The notes below the pieces were generated by a model that did not search any database, was not told the DNA's origin, and worked only from the letters and a program-made list of their open reading frames with translations. The translations under genes and the position numbers were made by a program. This document shows, piece after piece, positions 12,568 to 26,249 of a DNA stretch of 64,000 bases. Source of the stretch: Octopus sinensis. Taxonomy: Eukaryota. How positions within the stretch are numbered: position 1 is the first letter of the stretch; each line of letters begins with the position of its first letter. The stretch spans positions 1,240,001 to 1,304,000 of the forward strand of contig NC_043020.1 of NCBI RefSeq assembly GCF_006345805.1, written 5' to 3'.

Positions 12568-13904
12568 GTAAGTTGAGACCTTTTTAAAACGACGCTTCTC
12601 TCTATTTCTTAAATCAAACTTCTCCTTCTGACCCCAACCTCGGAACCTACGAGCCATACACTATATACCATAGTCGTTACATTTGAAAATAATGCCTTTA
12701 TTATTAGATATGAGGTTAGTAATTGTTGTCCTGAGCTGATATTTTGACGTTTGGATGGTTTATATAGAAGAACTTAAAAAATCCCATCAGAAGTTCTACA
12801 GCCTTAATTAGGTTTTTAATTAATATATGTGGCTGTTATATATATGTGTTGCACGTATATGCGAGAGATCTTTGTGTCTTTTACGTCAGTAAATTAATTT
12901 ATAAAGATTTTCATTTTAAATCTGTGTGTGTGTGTGTGTCTGTATATATATGTGTATATGTATGTCTTATGGTGTTCTTGACCCATAGCGTCGGAATTTA
13001 ATCTAGTGCGCCAAAAACTCTAATTTCTTTGATTGTGTAGGTTTTAAGCCTCGTAAGATTACGATTTTACAAAGTAAAAAAGAATGCAGGTGAGGAGGGA
13101 ATCTTTGTTCCTTTCTAGTGTGTATATAATGTTTATTATATTAGAAAGTTGGGAGATGATGTACAGGTATTATATTTTAGAAGAAATAAGGTACTCAGAA
13201 ATCTGGATGGTTTTATATTCACAGATATTTATTTGTATATTACATGTTTTTATAAATCATATATAATATATTAGCACTTTCGTCCACTCTAGTGGAGTTG
13301 TCAATAACGTTTATTATATATACTGTGTATATATACATACACGCACGCACATATCGTATCTACTCTTGTCTAAGTTATACCCCTAAATTTAGTGTTGGAT
13401 CTTGATACAAATTTTATTTCCTTTTCATATGCCCCATGAATAAGTCGCATCCTAGTTTTTCAGGTTATATCAAGTATAAATTAGAGCGACTTTACGTGAG
13501 TAAATACAGTATGTATATATACACACACAATGTGTTAGTATCATCCACACTATATTATATTAGTGTATATATACATATATTTTACGTTACAAAAAATATT
13601 GGTTAATGTTACATAATATGTACCTTACTAAATTATTTGACACCATGTTTTGGTGTGCGTGTTGCATGGACTTCGCATTTCATCCTGTCGGGACCGATAA
13701 AACAATACCAGTCATGCACTGAGGTTGATGTAATGGATTAGCTCTCTCCCCACAAATTTCAGCCCTTGTGCCTAGAAGAGAAAGGAATTCTAGTTTAGGC
13801 ACCCATATAACCCCTCACACAACTTTACTGTTTTTTTTTTTTGGGAATATTTCAGAAATTTTTTGCGAATTTCTTCTACACAGGAATTCATACGATTCTT
13901 TCTT

Positions 13905-14315
13905 CCTTTTATTCTTTTACTTGTTTCAGTCATTTTGACTGCGGTCATGCTGGAGCACCACCTTTTAAGTCGAGCAAATCGACCCCCCAGGACTTATTCT
14001 TTGTAAGCCTAGTACTTATTCTATCGGTCTCTTTATGCCGAACCGCTAAGTTAGGAGGACGTAAACACACCAGCATCGGTTGTCAAGCGATGTTGGGGGA
14101 CAAACACATATACACATACATATATACACACACACACACACATATGTACGACGGGCTTCTTTCAGTTTCCGTCTACCAAATCCACTCACAAGGCTTTGGT
14201 CGGCCCGAGGCTATAGTAGAAGACACTTGCCCAAGATGCCACGCAGTGGAACTGAACCCGGAACCATGTAGTTGGTAAACAAGCTACTAACCACACAGCC
14301 ACTCCTGCGCCTTAT
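13905..14315 (-). mobile_element. SINE family B, full length
   Basis: Homology to family B. Confidence 0.85.
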
Positions 14316-14884
14316 GAATAAATTTTTTTTTTTATTTATTTGTTTAACCCTCCCCTCTCCAATAAATCCTGAAAGTTTGATCTTTTTCGAAACTTTTAAA
14401 TCAGTTTAAAATACGGATAGTCCGAATTTTTTGCTTAAATCCCGGCAATGGACTACCCTTGGTTACATCATCATGCCATGAATCTGCATGTGGGGAGAGA
14501 AATATCGAAAAACATGAATACATATCAGGTTGACAAAGAAATGAGGAAGGTATCAGGTGGTCGTGGGATCTGCTAAAAATAACAGCTAAATTGCATAGAT
14601 CACACAAATAATTGAAGGTTTTTTTTTTTTTTACATAATCGTATGAATTTGTAGAAAAACCATTGTATAAAGTGTACTTAGTACTTTGTTGTTGACATTG
14701 ACACTAGTGAGGTCACCAAATTACTTGCGAGACAAAGCCCTCTCGCTGCATGAGTCGTAGTAGAGACAGAGGTGGCTTTATGCTAAGTGTTGACAGGCTT
14801 AAGTGTGACAGAGAAAATGGCACAGGTGTCTTGCTATAAGGTGGATACAGGGTTGCTCTGTATTGTATAAGGGTGGTTCAAGAG

Positions 14885-15240
14885 CACCATCCGAGCGTGA
14901 TCATTGCCAGAGTGGCTAACTGGCCTCCGTGCCAGTGGCACGTAAAAGACACCATTCGAGCGTGATCGTTACCAGCATCGCCTTACTGGCACCTGTGCCA
15001 GTGGCATGTGTAATAGATTTGAGCGAGATCGTTGCCAGTACCGCCTGACTGGCCCCCATGCCGGTGGCACGTAAAAGCACCCACTACACTCTCAGAGTGG
15101 TTGGCGTTAGGAAGGGCATCCAGCTGTAGAAACTCTGCCAGATCAGACTGGAGCCTGGTGCATCCAACTGGTTCGCCAGACCTCAGTCAAACTCATCCAA
15201 CCCATGCCAGCATGGAAAGCGGACGTTAAACAATGATGAT
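14885..15240 (+). mobile_element. Family D: RTE-type LINE 3' end (or derived non-autonomous element) with ~50-65-bp subrepeats and (GAT)n tail
   Basis: GGTGGCACGTAAAAGCACC subrepeats, then GGAGTGGTTGGCGTTAGGAAGGGCATCCAGCTGTAGAAAC...GGAAAGCGGACGTTAAAC(GAT)n. Confidence 0.75.
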
Positions 15241-15639
15241 GGATGGGTGTAGTGAAAAAGATGAGACATCAGAATATGCTCTCCTGGTGCAGGAAGGGTG
15301 GGTGGATAAATTTAGTAGTGTGAGAGGAGGGTGGCTCAAGGTTTGAGCTGGCAGAGTTGTTAGCATACCGGGCAAAATGGTTAGCGGCTTTTTGTCTGTC
15401 TTTATGTTCTGAGTTCAAATCACGCTGAGGTCAACTTCGTTTTTCATCCTGTCAGAGTCAATAAAATAAGTACTGGTTGAGTAGTGGAGGCTGGTGTAAA
15501 CAACCTATCCCGTCTCCTGAACTTGCTGGCCTTGTGCCAAAATTTGAAACCATTATTATTATTATTATTATTATTAAGGTGGTAAGCTGTGAGAATTGTT
15601 AGCATGCTGGGCGAAAGGCTTAGCGGCATTTCACCCATT

Positions 15640-16030
15640 CTTTTATTTGTTTCAGTCATTTGACTGCGGCCATGCTGGAGCACCGCCTTTAGTCGAGCAA
15701 ATCGACCCCAGGACTTATTTTTTGTAAGCCTAGTACTTATTCTATCTGTCTCTCTTGCCTAACCGCTAAGTTACGGGGACGTAAACACACCACCATCGGT
15801 TGTCAAGCGATGTTGGAGGGACAAACACAGACACACAAACATATACATACATATATATATATACGATGGGCTTCTTTCAGTTTCCATCTACCAAATCCAC
15901 TCACAAGGCTTTGGTCGGCCCGAGGCTATAGTAGAAGACACTTGCCCAAGATGCCACGCAGTGGGACTGAACCCGGAAACCATGTGGTTGGTAAGCAAGC
16001 TACTTAACCCCACAGCCACTCCTGCACCCA
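15640..16030 (-). mobile_element. SINE family B inserted into a family A copy
   Basis: Family A head at ~15578-15640 resumes at ~16030 after the B copy. Confidence 0.75.
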
Positions 16031-16520
16031 TCTTTACATTCTGAGTTCAAATTCCACGAATGTCAACTTTATCTTTTCATCCTTTCAGGGTCGATAAAAT
16101 AAAATAAGTACCATTTGAGGAGTGGGGTCAATGTAATCAACTTACCCCTTCCCCCCAAATGTCTGGCCCTGTGCCAAAATTTGAAGTCATTATTATTATT
16201 ATTATCATTATTATTATTATCATTTCTCAGTGAAATGTGTGCCAACTCTGTGTGACCTAGTTTTGGTTCCTAATTTCAATTAATTTCTTCTTCTTCGGCT
16301 CTGAAGCATTTTGGAAAAGGCATGAATGCCACAAATGTTTACTTGTGTTTGTATGAGTGTATATATTGGCGTTGTTCCTCAGTTATGTAGGTTATAAGCC
16401 CCATAGAGTTATGGATGGAATCATCGTCTAGAAATCTGAAATATGTATAAAATTCATATCTTGCTACTTCACTATGGAATGGTAAATAATCAGAGTGTAT
16501 ATGTGTGTATGTATGTATAT

Positions 16521-16553
<33 letters not shown>

Positions 16554-17377
16554 CATCCATCCATCCTCACACACGTTTTTATAGGTGCATTGGGATATAT
16601 AATCCAAGCATTTGTATGTGCATATGTATGTGTATGTTTGTGTATATTTATGTGTGTGTGTGTATATATATATATGTTTGTATGTATATATATATATATG
16701 TTTGTGTGTATGTTTGTATGTATATATATATATGTTTGTGTGTATATATATATGTGTGTGTGTGTATGTTTGTATGTATATATATATATGTTTGTGTGTA
16801 TATATATATATGTGTGTGTGTATGTTTGTATGTATGTATATATATGTTTGTATGTGTATATATATATATATGTTTGTATGTATATATATATATATATATA
16901 TGTTTGTATGTGTATATATATATATATATGTTTGTGTGTGTGTATAAACACACATGCACACTTTTAAAGGGGGGAAAAGCAACATTATGTAACTCACAAA
17001 AAGAAAGGAAAAAAAAATCCTATTGTATGAGTCATACGATTATCACAGTTTGAAAGAAACACCACCCAGAGAAAAGAATACTTTAAGAATTCCTTAATTC
17101 TTTGAGTGGCTTGTTGAGCTCATAATTTTCCAAAACCCAAAAAGAGCTAATTAATCATCACCATCATCATCATCATTTGGTGTCACTTTTTCTGGCATAG
17201 GGTGGATGGTTTGACTTGATCTGACAAGTTAAAGGACTGCACCCGAGCTGCAGTGTCTGTTTTGGCATGGGTTTTTTTGCAGCTGGATGCTTTTTGTGGG
17301 TTTTCTTTTGTGTGTGGCACCAGCATTTGTGAGGTCACTAAGTACTCACAAGACCCCCTCAAGGGAATTGTGTACAG

Positions 17378-17770
17378 GGGCAGGAGTGGCTGTGTGGTAA
17401 GTAGCTTGCTTACCAACCACATAGTTCCAGGTTCAGTACCACTGCGTGGCACCTTGGGCAAGGGTCTTCCTCTATAGCCTCAGGCCGACCAAAGCCTTGT
17501 GAGTGGATTTGGTAGACGGAAACTGAAAGAAGCTTGTCGTATATATATATATATATATATGTTTGTGTGTCTGTTTGTTTCCCCAGCATAGGTTGTCAAG
17601 CGATGCTGGTGTGTTTACGCCCCCATAACTTAGCGGTTCTGCAAAATAACCGATAGAATAAGTACTAGGCTTACAAAGAATAAGTCCTGGGGTCGATTTG
17701 CCGATTTGCTCGACTAAAGGCGGTGCTCCAGCATGGCCACAGTCAAATGACTGAAACAAGTAAAAGAGTA
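17378..17770 (+). mobile_element. SINE family B, full length
   Basis: Homology to family B. Confidence 0.85.
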
Positions 17771-18212
17771 TTGAATGATATGAAAGTATGATAGAAGGAT
17801 AGGAGTATCTTGGAGAAGTCGTGTATTTGTCTCTTCAACATCTGGAAGGAGAAAGAAATGTTTGGTTAAGATACAATTTAAATATGAGAGGCAGAAATAG
17901 GTTAGAGCACTGGTTCCCAACTGGTATCCGTATATTTATATATAAATCCTTAAATCCTTAAAAATGTTTTAGCCCGAAGGCCGTGGCCATGCTGGGGCAC
18001 CATATATATATATATATATGTATGACAGGCTTCTTTCACTTTCTCTCATTCAAATCCACTTAAATCTTTGGTTGGCCCATGGCTCTAGTGAAAGGTACTT
18101 GGCCAAAGTGAGATGCAGTGGAATGGAACCCAAGAGCACATAGCACATGGCTGGGAAGCAACCTTCTTAACCACACATCCATGTCTGTGCCTTTACATAT
18201 ATATATATATAT

Positions 18213-18462
18213 CCGAGCGTGGCCGTCCGCCAGCCTCGTCTGGCACCTGTGTTGGTGACACATAAGAAAACACCATCCAAGCGTGACCGTCTGCCAGCCT
18301 CGTCTGGCACCTGTGTCGGTGGCACATAAAATCACCCACTACACTCTCGGAGTGGTTGGTGTTAGGAAGGGCATCCAGCTGTAGAAACACTGCCAGACCC
18401 CAGTTGAACCGTCCAACCCATGCTAGCATGGAAAGCGGACGTTAAACGATGATGATGATGAT
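18213..18462 (+). mobile_element. Family D RTE-type 3' end
   Basis: Homology to 14885-15240. Confidence 0.75.
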
Positions 18463-18614
18463 GGATGGGTGTAGTAAAAAAGATGAGGCATCAGAATATG
18501 CTCTCCTGGTGCAGGAAGGGTGAGTGGATAAATTTAGTAGTGTGAGAGGAGGGCGGCTCAGGGTTGAGCTGGCAGAGTTGTTAGCATAATGAAAATGGTA
18601 ACATATTAATTTAC

Positions 18615-18661
<47 letters not shown>

Positions 18662-19914
18662 TACATACAACTGGATTCTTTCAGTTTCCGTCTACTAATC
18701 CGCTCACACAGAGTGGGACGGAACCTGTAACCTTCTGGCAGGGAAGCAAGCCTCTTGGCACAGAACCTCACCTGTGCTTATATATTGTGTATGTTGCTAC
18801 ATACATCCACATATATAAACACTTTGGACTGCAGAAACAGTGATAACGTTGTCCATTATTAACTGCTCCACTGCCCCACCCTGGTTCCCCCCCCCGTTTC
18901 CTCTACACAATATACTCATGCTTTACTCTGATTCATAATTTCATTTCCCTACCACCTCCATCTCACCCCCCATTCTCTGGAAGTTATAAAAAAAAAATTG
19001 AAATTACTGTTAACTTGACATTTACAGAAATTATGATTTAATATGTGGTTATATATGTATGTGTATGTATGTATATATATGGATGTATGTATATGTGTGT
19101 GTGCATGCATGTACGTATGTTCATATGTATATAGGTACATGTATGTATGTATGTATGTGTGTGTGTATATATATGTGTTTATATTTGTATATGTATATAT
19201 ATATTTGTGTATATATATGTATTTGTGTATATATATGTATTTGTGTATGTATATATATATTTGTGTATATATATGTATTTGTCTGAATGTGTGTATATAT
19301 ATATATATATGTGAATGTATGTATATTTGTATGTGTGTATATGTCTGTATATATGTGTATATATAAGTGTATATATATTATATACACACACACTTAGGTT
19401 TAGAGAGAGAGATATTGTTTAAATTACCGCTTTTCAAATATGCTAATCTTTGTGTGTGTGTGTGTGTGTATGCATCTATTCGTTTTCCTGGCAACTCTTG
19501 ATATTTTCAGTTCTGGCAGCTAGTATTCAAGAGTCGAAGACTGAAGTCTGTATGAGTGTATGCTTGTGTATGTGAATTACATAATGTGCTCTGTGTGTGT
19601 GTGTGTTTGTGCGTGTATTTATTGGAAGACGACCTGCAATTTGACTGTTGAGTGTTCTTCAGTTATTCTGGCAATTTAGGTTTTTCCCGCTCAAGCTATC
19701 AAATTCTGTTAATGTCAGAAGTGGGTGTACATCTGATTGTACATGTATACATTATGTACGTGTGTTCACGTAGTGTACAGTTTATTTAATACAAGTTGTG
19801 TACAACACAGCTCGTGTGAGTGTCTTTTGCTGTGGCCCCTGTCTTGGGAATGGATTTGGTTGGCAGAATCTGAAAGAAACTTGCCTTGTAAATACATGTG
19901 TAATTAGTTGAAAC

Positions 19915-20275
19915 TTACTCTTTTACTTGTTTCAGTCATTTGACTGTGGCCATGCTGGAGCACCACCTTTAGTTGAGCAAATCGTTCCCAGGACTTATTC
20001 TTTGTAAGCCCAGTACTTATTCTATCGGTCTCTTTTGCCGAACTGCTAAGTAACAGAGACATAAACACACCAGTGTCAGTTGTCAAGCAATGTTGGGAGG
20101 GGGGACAAACACAGTCACAAAAACATATGCACTCACACATACATATACATCTGCCAGCTGCCATCTCCCAAATCCACTCACAAGGCTTTGGTCAGCCTGA
20201 GGCTATAGTAGAAGACACTTGCCCAAGGTGCCATGCAGTGAGAGCTACTTACCACACAGCCACTCCTACGCCTAT
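19915..20275 (-). mobile_element. SINE family B, degenerate
   Basis: Homology to family B. Confidence 0.75.
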
Positions 20276-21004
20276 ATACTTAGTCATAATTAAAATACAG
20301 TTTATTTTGACTGGTATACACCACCAAAAAAGAAAACAAAAAAAAACATACATCACTAATAATATACACACACTACAAAAAACAAACACATACACCAAAC
20401 CCATTAACAAACGTAACCCCACCCCACAACCAGATATCTACACACCCACTGTCAATCAACAAATAAGGATCTCACACACACACAGCATTCTCCCAAAATA
20501 TCAAAAACACACACACATACACTTCCATCACAATATACTAAGCATATTTCCAAAAAAATACAAAAACAACACATGCATAGACACACACACAGACAAAACA
20601 ACACACATGCACAGCTGGTCAGAACTACTGACCACATCCTCTTAATAGAAAAAAGATAAAAAGAAAAGTACTTTGACAATATATCCCAAAACAAATGGCA
20701 AATAATTCCTCCCTAATTCTTTTAAAAAACCTCACTAAACCATTTTCTCTCAGTAGAAAAAGAAGAAAAGAGAAGTTTTTTCACAATATATTCCAAACAC
20801 AACCACACCCAAACAGCTGACCAAACCATGAATAAGAATCTTCCCATTCAGTTCAAGAGACTTCTTTTTAATAGAGTTCCTGAAACTTGAACTCTCGAAC
20901 CCCCACACCAAACCTACATAGAGGAGGCATTTATAAGAGGAAGACCCCAAAGTACAGTTTTACAGAGAACTCAAATATGGGCACAAACTGTTAACCACCC
21001 AATT

Positions 21005-21700
21005 ATGTGGCACCTTGGGCAAGTGCCTTCTGCTATAGTTTCATGAGTGGATTTGGTAAATGGAAACTGAAAGAAACCCGTTGTATACTCTACTCTTTAC
21101 TCTTTTACTTGTTTCAGTCATTTGACTGCGGCCATGCTGGAGCACTGCCTTTAGTCGAGCAACTCGACCCCGGGACTTATTCTTTTTGTAAGCCTAGTAC
21201 TTATTCTATCGGTCTCTTTTTGCCGAACCGCTAAGTGACGGGGACGTAATCACACCAGCATCGGTTGTCAAGCAATGCTAATGGGACAAACACAGACACA
21301 CATACACATACATATATATATATACATATATACGACAGGCTTCTTTCAGTTTCTGTCTACCAAATCCACTCACAAGGCATTGGTCGGCCCGGGGCTATAG
21401 CAGAAGACACTTGTCCAAGATGCCACGCAGTGGGACTGAACCCGGAACCATGTGGTTGGTTAGCAAGCTAATATATATACGTGTGTGTGTGTTTGTGTGT
21501 GTCTTTGTGTCTGTTTGTCCCCCAACACCCCTTGACAACCGGCATTGGTGAATTTACTTCCCCAGAACTTAGCAGTACAGCAAAAGAGACCAGGCTTAAA
21601 AGAAAAAAACTAAGTACTGGAATTGATTCATTCTACTAAAAATTCTTCGAGGCATTGCTCCAGCATGGCCACAGTCTAATGGCTGAAACAAGTAAAAGGT
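21005..21700. mobile_element. Older family B copy (+) with a younger antisense family B copy inserted at ~21090-21470
   Basis: Plus head 21005-21085, minus copy, then the plus 3' half resumes at ~21480. Confidence 0.75.
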
Positions 21701-22709
21701 GACTCACTGTCCCTACAGTGATGTATATTTCACCAAGACTTTATATATATGGTGTCTAGTGTGTGTGTATGTGTGTGGTATGTATAGTCTGTAGTGTGTA
21801 TATTTGAATTCTATGATGTGTACATAGTGTAGAATGGTGTAGCATTGATAATTTAGGCTGTTTTCTGAAACGCTTGCTTAAATCTGTTTAATGTGTGTGT
21901 GTGTGTGTGAAATGTGTATAAACAATGTGTATAGGTTTCTGTTATGTATGTTTAATGAGGCTCTGCAAAAGCCATGGACACAGCCATCTCTTCCAGACCT
22001 GACTGCTGAAAAATATGTGTGTGTAATGTATATGTATGTGTATGTATATATATGTGTGTGTGTGTGTGTGTATGGATGTATATATATGGTGTGTGTGTGT
22101 GTATGGATGTATATATATATATGTGTGTGTATGGATGTATGTATATATATGTGTGTGTGTGTATGGATGTATATATATGTGTATGTGTGTATGGATGTAT
22201 ATATATGTGTGTGTGTGTATGGATGTATATATATGTGTGTGTGTGTATGGATGTATATATATGTGTGTGTGTGTATGGATGTATATATATGTGTGTGTGG
22301 ATGTATATATATGTGTGTGTGTGTATGGATGTATATATATGTGTGTGCGGATGTATATATATGTGTGTGTGTGTGTGTATTTGTGGTGACATTTGCTATT
22401 GGTGCATATGTGTGTTACTACAGTTAATTTTGGAGGGAAAAAGTCAAATATTCTAATCTGTAATTGTTTTTTTTTTTGTGTTTTAATGTTTCTTTGAGCA
22501 AACAATGTTCACCTTTGTCTCAGCTTTCTCTATTCTAGTCTTCCTGTCTGCTCACAGAACTGGTAAATGAATGAATTACCATCTTTTTCTTTTTTTTTTT
22601 TGCTATTACTAATTTTCCCGCCTAATTTTGGAGAGTAAAACCGCTTTAGTTTAACTGATGTTGAATCAGATTCATGACTGGCTTGTGTAGAGGTGTAAAG
22701 GTGGCCTTG

Positions 22710-23500
22710 TGTCTGGGCAGGAGTTGGGATTCTATCTAGGCCATATGTGGGTTTTGTATCTGGGGTCAGTGTGGGTTTGTATCTGGGATGAAGGGAGCTT
22801 GTTTCAGGGCAGGAGGTGGCTCGTAGCTGGGCTGAGTGGAGCTTTGTATCTAGGCTGAGAGAAGTTTTGATTCTGGGTAGGAGGTGGATTCGTATCTAGG
22901 GCATATGTGGGTCTGTATCTGGGTTCAGTGTGGGTTTGTATCTGGGATGAAGGGAGCTTGTATCAGGGTTCATTGTGAGCTTGTTTCAGGGCAGGTGGTG
23001 GCTCGTAGTTGGGCCAAGTGGGGCTTTGTATCTAGGCTGAGAGAAGTTTTGATTTTGGGTAGGAGGTGGATTTGTATCTAGGGCATATAGGGGTTTTGTA
23101 TCTGGGTTCAGTGTGGGTTTGTATCAGGGCTAATTGTGAGTTTGTTTCAGGGCAGGTGGTGGCTCGTAGCTGGGCTGAGTGGAGCTTTGTACCTAGGCTG
23201 AGAGAAGTTTTGATTCTGGGTAGGTGGATTCGTATCTAGGGCATATGTGGGTTTGCATCTGGGTTCAGTGTGGGTTTGTATCTGGGATGAAGAGAGCTTG
23301 AATCAGGGCTAATTGTGAGCTTGTTTCAGGGCAAGGGGTGGCTCATAGCTGGGCTGAGTGGAGCTTTGTATCTAGGCTGAACGAAGTTTTGATTCTGGGC
23401 AAGAGGTGGATTTTGTATCTGGTTTGAAGGAAGCATGAATCAGGGCTCAGTGTGGGCTTGTATCTTAGCTGAGGGTGGATTTATATCAGGGTTGAAGGCC
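22710..23500. repeat. G/T-rich minisatellite with ~160-180-bp higher-order units built from ~20-22-bp subunits
   Basis: TTGTATCTAGGCTGA recurs at ~22845, ~23025, ~23187 and ~23367; (GG)TTTGTATCTGGG subunits. Confidence 0.85.
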
Positions 23501-23539
23501 AGTTTCTGTCAGGAGTGAAGGCAAGATGGGGGCAGCAGC

Positions 23540-23940
23540 ACCCGTGCTGGTGTCACGTAAAAAAAAAAAAACGTCCGTGTTGGTACCATGTAAAAAGGAT
23601 TCATGTTGGTGCCATGTAGAATGTACCTAGTACTCTCTATAAGGTGGTTGGTGTTAGGAAGGGCATCCAGTCATAGATACCATGCTAAAGCTGACAGATT
23701 GAGTCTGGTGCAGCTCTTTGGCTTGCCAGCTCCTGTCAAACTGTCCAACCCATGCCAGCATGAAAAACAGACATTAACCCTTTCATTTGGCGTTAGGAAG
23801 GGCATCCAGCCGTTGAAACATTCATTGCCAGATCAGACTGGGTCTGGTGCAGCCTTCTGGCTTCCCAGACCCCAGTTGAACCGTCCAACCCATGCTAGCA
23901 TGGAAAGCGGACGCTAAACGATGATGATGATGATGATGAT
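23540..23940 (+). mobile_element. Two tandem family D 3' ends
   Basis: TTAGGAAGGGCATCCAG twice, (GAT)n tail. Confidence 0.7.
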
Positions 23941-24865
23941 TACCAACCCAGCTGAAACTGGCTCTGGCTCCGAGTACAAATGTCTTGTTTCCAAAAGTTT
24001 TGAATTAAAATCTTCCACCAAACCTTAGTCATAATTTATGTTCCTAAAACTAGCTGAATGATAACTAAGTTATTTTACTAAATTCTTTCTTATATTTAAA
24101 GTAATTGAAAGAAACACAAAGCATCTCAAGAGAAATACAGTAACGAAAGGGTTAAATAGTGATGATAAAAATTGTCTAGAGCCTACAGACCCATTAGCCC
24201 AGGACATATCTTGGTTTCTATGGCCCTTAAATGACTGAGAACACCAGACTGCTCCCTGAAGATACTGGTCTGTTACTGAGATAAACCCCTTTTCCAAATG
24301 TTGCTGTCAACTTGTTTTAGCTGAGGGGACTGAACCGACATCCTTAAGGGACACAACACACCACCTTGTACCGCAGAATTGAACCCACAAACTGTTATGA
24401 GGTCAACGCCTGACCCACTATACCATGTACCTTCACTATGACAGATGTAACTATAATTGAATATTTGAAATTCCTTTCAGGTGTGTGTTGTGTATATGTC
24501 TGGGGTTAGTGTGTTTATCTCTTTCAAACACATAAACACTTTCATTCTTTTTCACCTTCTCTCTCCCTTTCTTCTTCTTTCTCTCTCTCCCTCTCTCATT
24601 TACTCTACGACTGTTTTATCACACCACTTCATTGTAATATGTGTCATACAGATTGTTTTATCTATTTCTGAGATGTGTTTAGGCAGCTGTAATTTAGAAA
24701 TCTTATTTCTAACACAAACAAAAGGCAGCACCTCTAGAGGGAGGTTGTACAGACGATTATAGCAACCCCTGTATTTGATTGTTCAAACAGTGAGGAGATT
24801 AGGCAGGTGGAAACTGAAAGAAGCCTTTCATAGTCTCTGTGTGTGTTTGTGTCGTCTTGCCATCA

Positions 24866-25195
24866 TCATCATCATCATCGTTTAACGTCCATTCTTCATG
24901 CTAGCATGGGTTGGACGGTTCGACCGGGGAGCTGGGAAGCCAGAAGGCTACACCAGGCTCCAGTCTGATCTGGCAGTGTTTCTACAGCTTGATGCCCTTC
25001 CTAACGCCAACCACTCCGAGAGTGTAGTAGGTGCTTTTTACGTGCCACCGGCACAGGTGCCAGGCGAGGCTGGCAACGGCCACATTCGGATGGTGCTTTT
25101 TATGTGCCACCGGCACAGGTGCCAGGCGAGGCTGGCAAACAGCCACAATCGGATTGGTGCTTTTTACATGCCACCGGCATGGAAGCCAGTCAAGG
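24866..25195 (-). mobile_element. Family D RTE-type 3' end with three subrepeats
   Basis: Reverse complement of family D. Confidence 0.75.
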
Positions 25196-25530
25196 CGGGA
25201 TAGTTGTAGATGAGTGTCACTGTCATAGAAGCAGTGCCGTTTGTTTCCAATATTCTGCAAGAACGTATCTACCCAAATATGTCTGCCCCAATAAGTGAGG
25301 GTTGGAAGCAGTACATTTCCTTTTTCTCCTGTCTGGTACTTATAAACAAAACATCAGTTGACAAGCGGTGGATAGGTGAGTGGGGCGAGGGGAACACAGA
25401 CACACACACACATATATATACATTGGGCTTCCACACAGTCTCTATCTACAGAATTCACTCACAAGGCATTGATTGGCCCAAAGCTACAGTAGAATACACT
25501 TACCCAAGATGTGCAGTAGGATTGAACCTA

Positions 25531-25750
25531 TTTCTTTACTACCCACAAGGGGATAAACACAGAGGGGACAAACAGATTAAGTTGATTATATCGACCCCAG
25601 TGCGTAACTGGTACTTATTTAATCAACCCCGAAAGGATGAAAGGCAGAGTCGACCGTGGTGGAATTTGAACTCAGAACGTAACGGCAGACGAAATACTTC
25701 TATGCATTTCGCCTGGTGTGCTAACGTTTCTGCCAGCTCACCGCCTTTCA
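25531..25750 (-). mobile_element. SINE family A monomer
   Basis: Homology to family A. Confidence 0.8.
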
Positions 25751-26249
25751 GGATTGAACCTGAAAACTCCCAGGTTGCAAAACGTGCTTCTAAACCACAC
25801 AACTGTGACTGCTTGTACGTTTCATTCTTGACTTGCTTTCCACGGTTGGATGCCCTTTCTATTAGCAACCACTTCACAAAGAGTACTGGGTGTATTTCGA
25901 ATACACCCACAGAAGTGCCGACAGAAGAGCAAAGCTGTTGAGTCCTTGATGAGGTAAGACTAAAGGGTCCCCTCCACTGATTCGCTGACCCCTTTATGAA
26001 GCATGCTGCATGCTGTTTATTGTGGTATTAGCACAATAAATAGCTGGGGCTGCTGTTTTGTACACTGTAAGAATGAAAGATTACTCATAGATCTAAGATG
26101 TGAGCATTTGCTTACATGAATAGCAATAATATGAGAAAGTCAGGGTGGTTGGGCGAGGGGAGCAAGGGTGTTGTATGAGGGTTGGAACAGTGTGATTGGA
26201 CTGAAGAAGTAAGGAAATGGGTGGTGGTATATATATATATATATATATA

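Noticed and set aside
25210-25941. 243-aa ORF
   Set aside because: Runs through SINE B and SINE A sequence; a chance open frame
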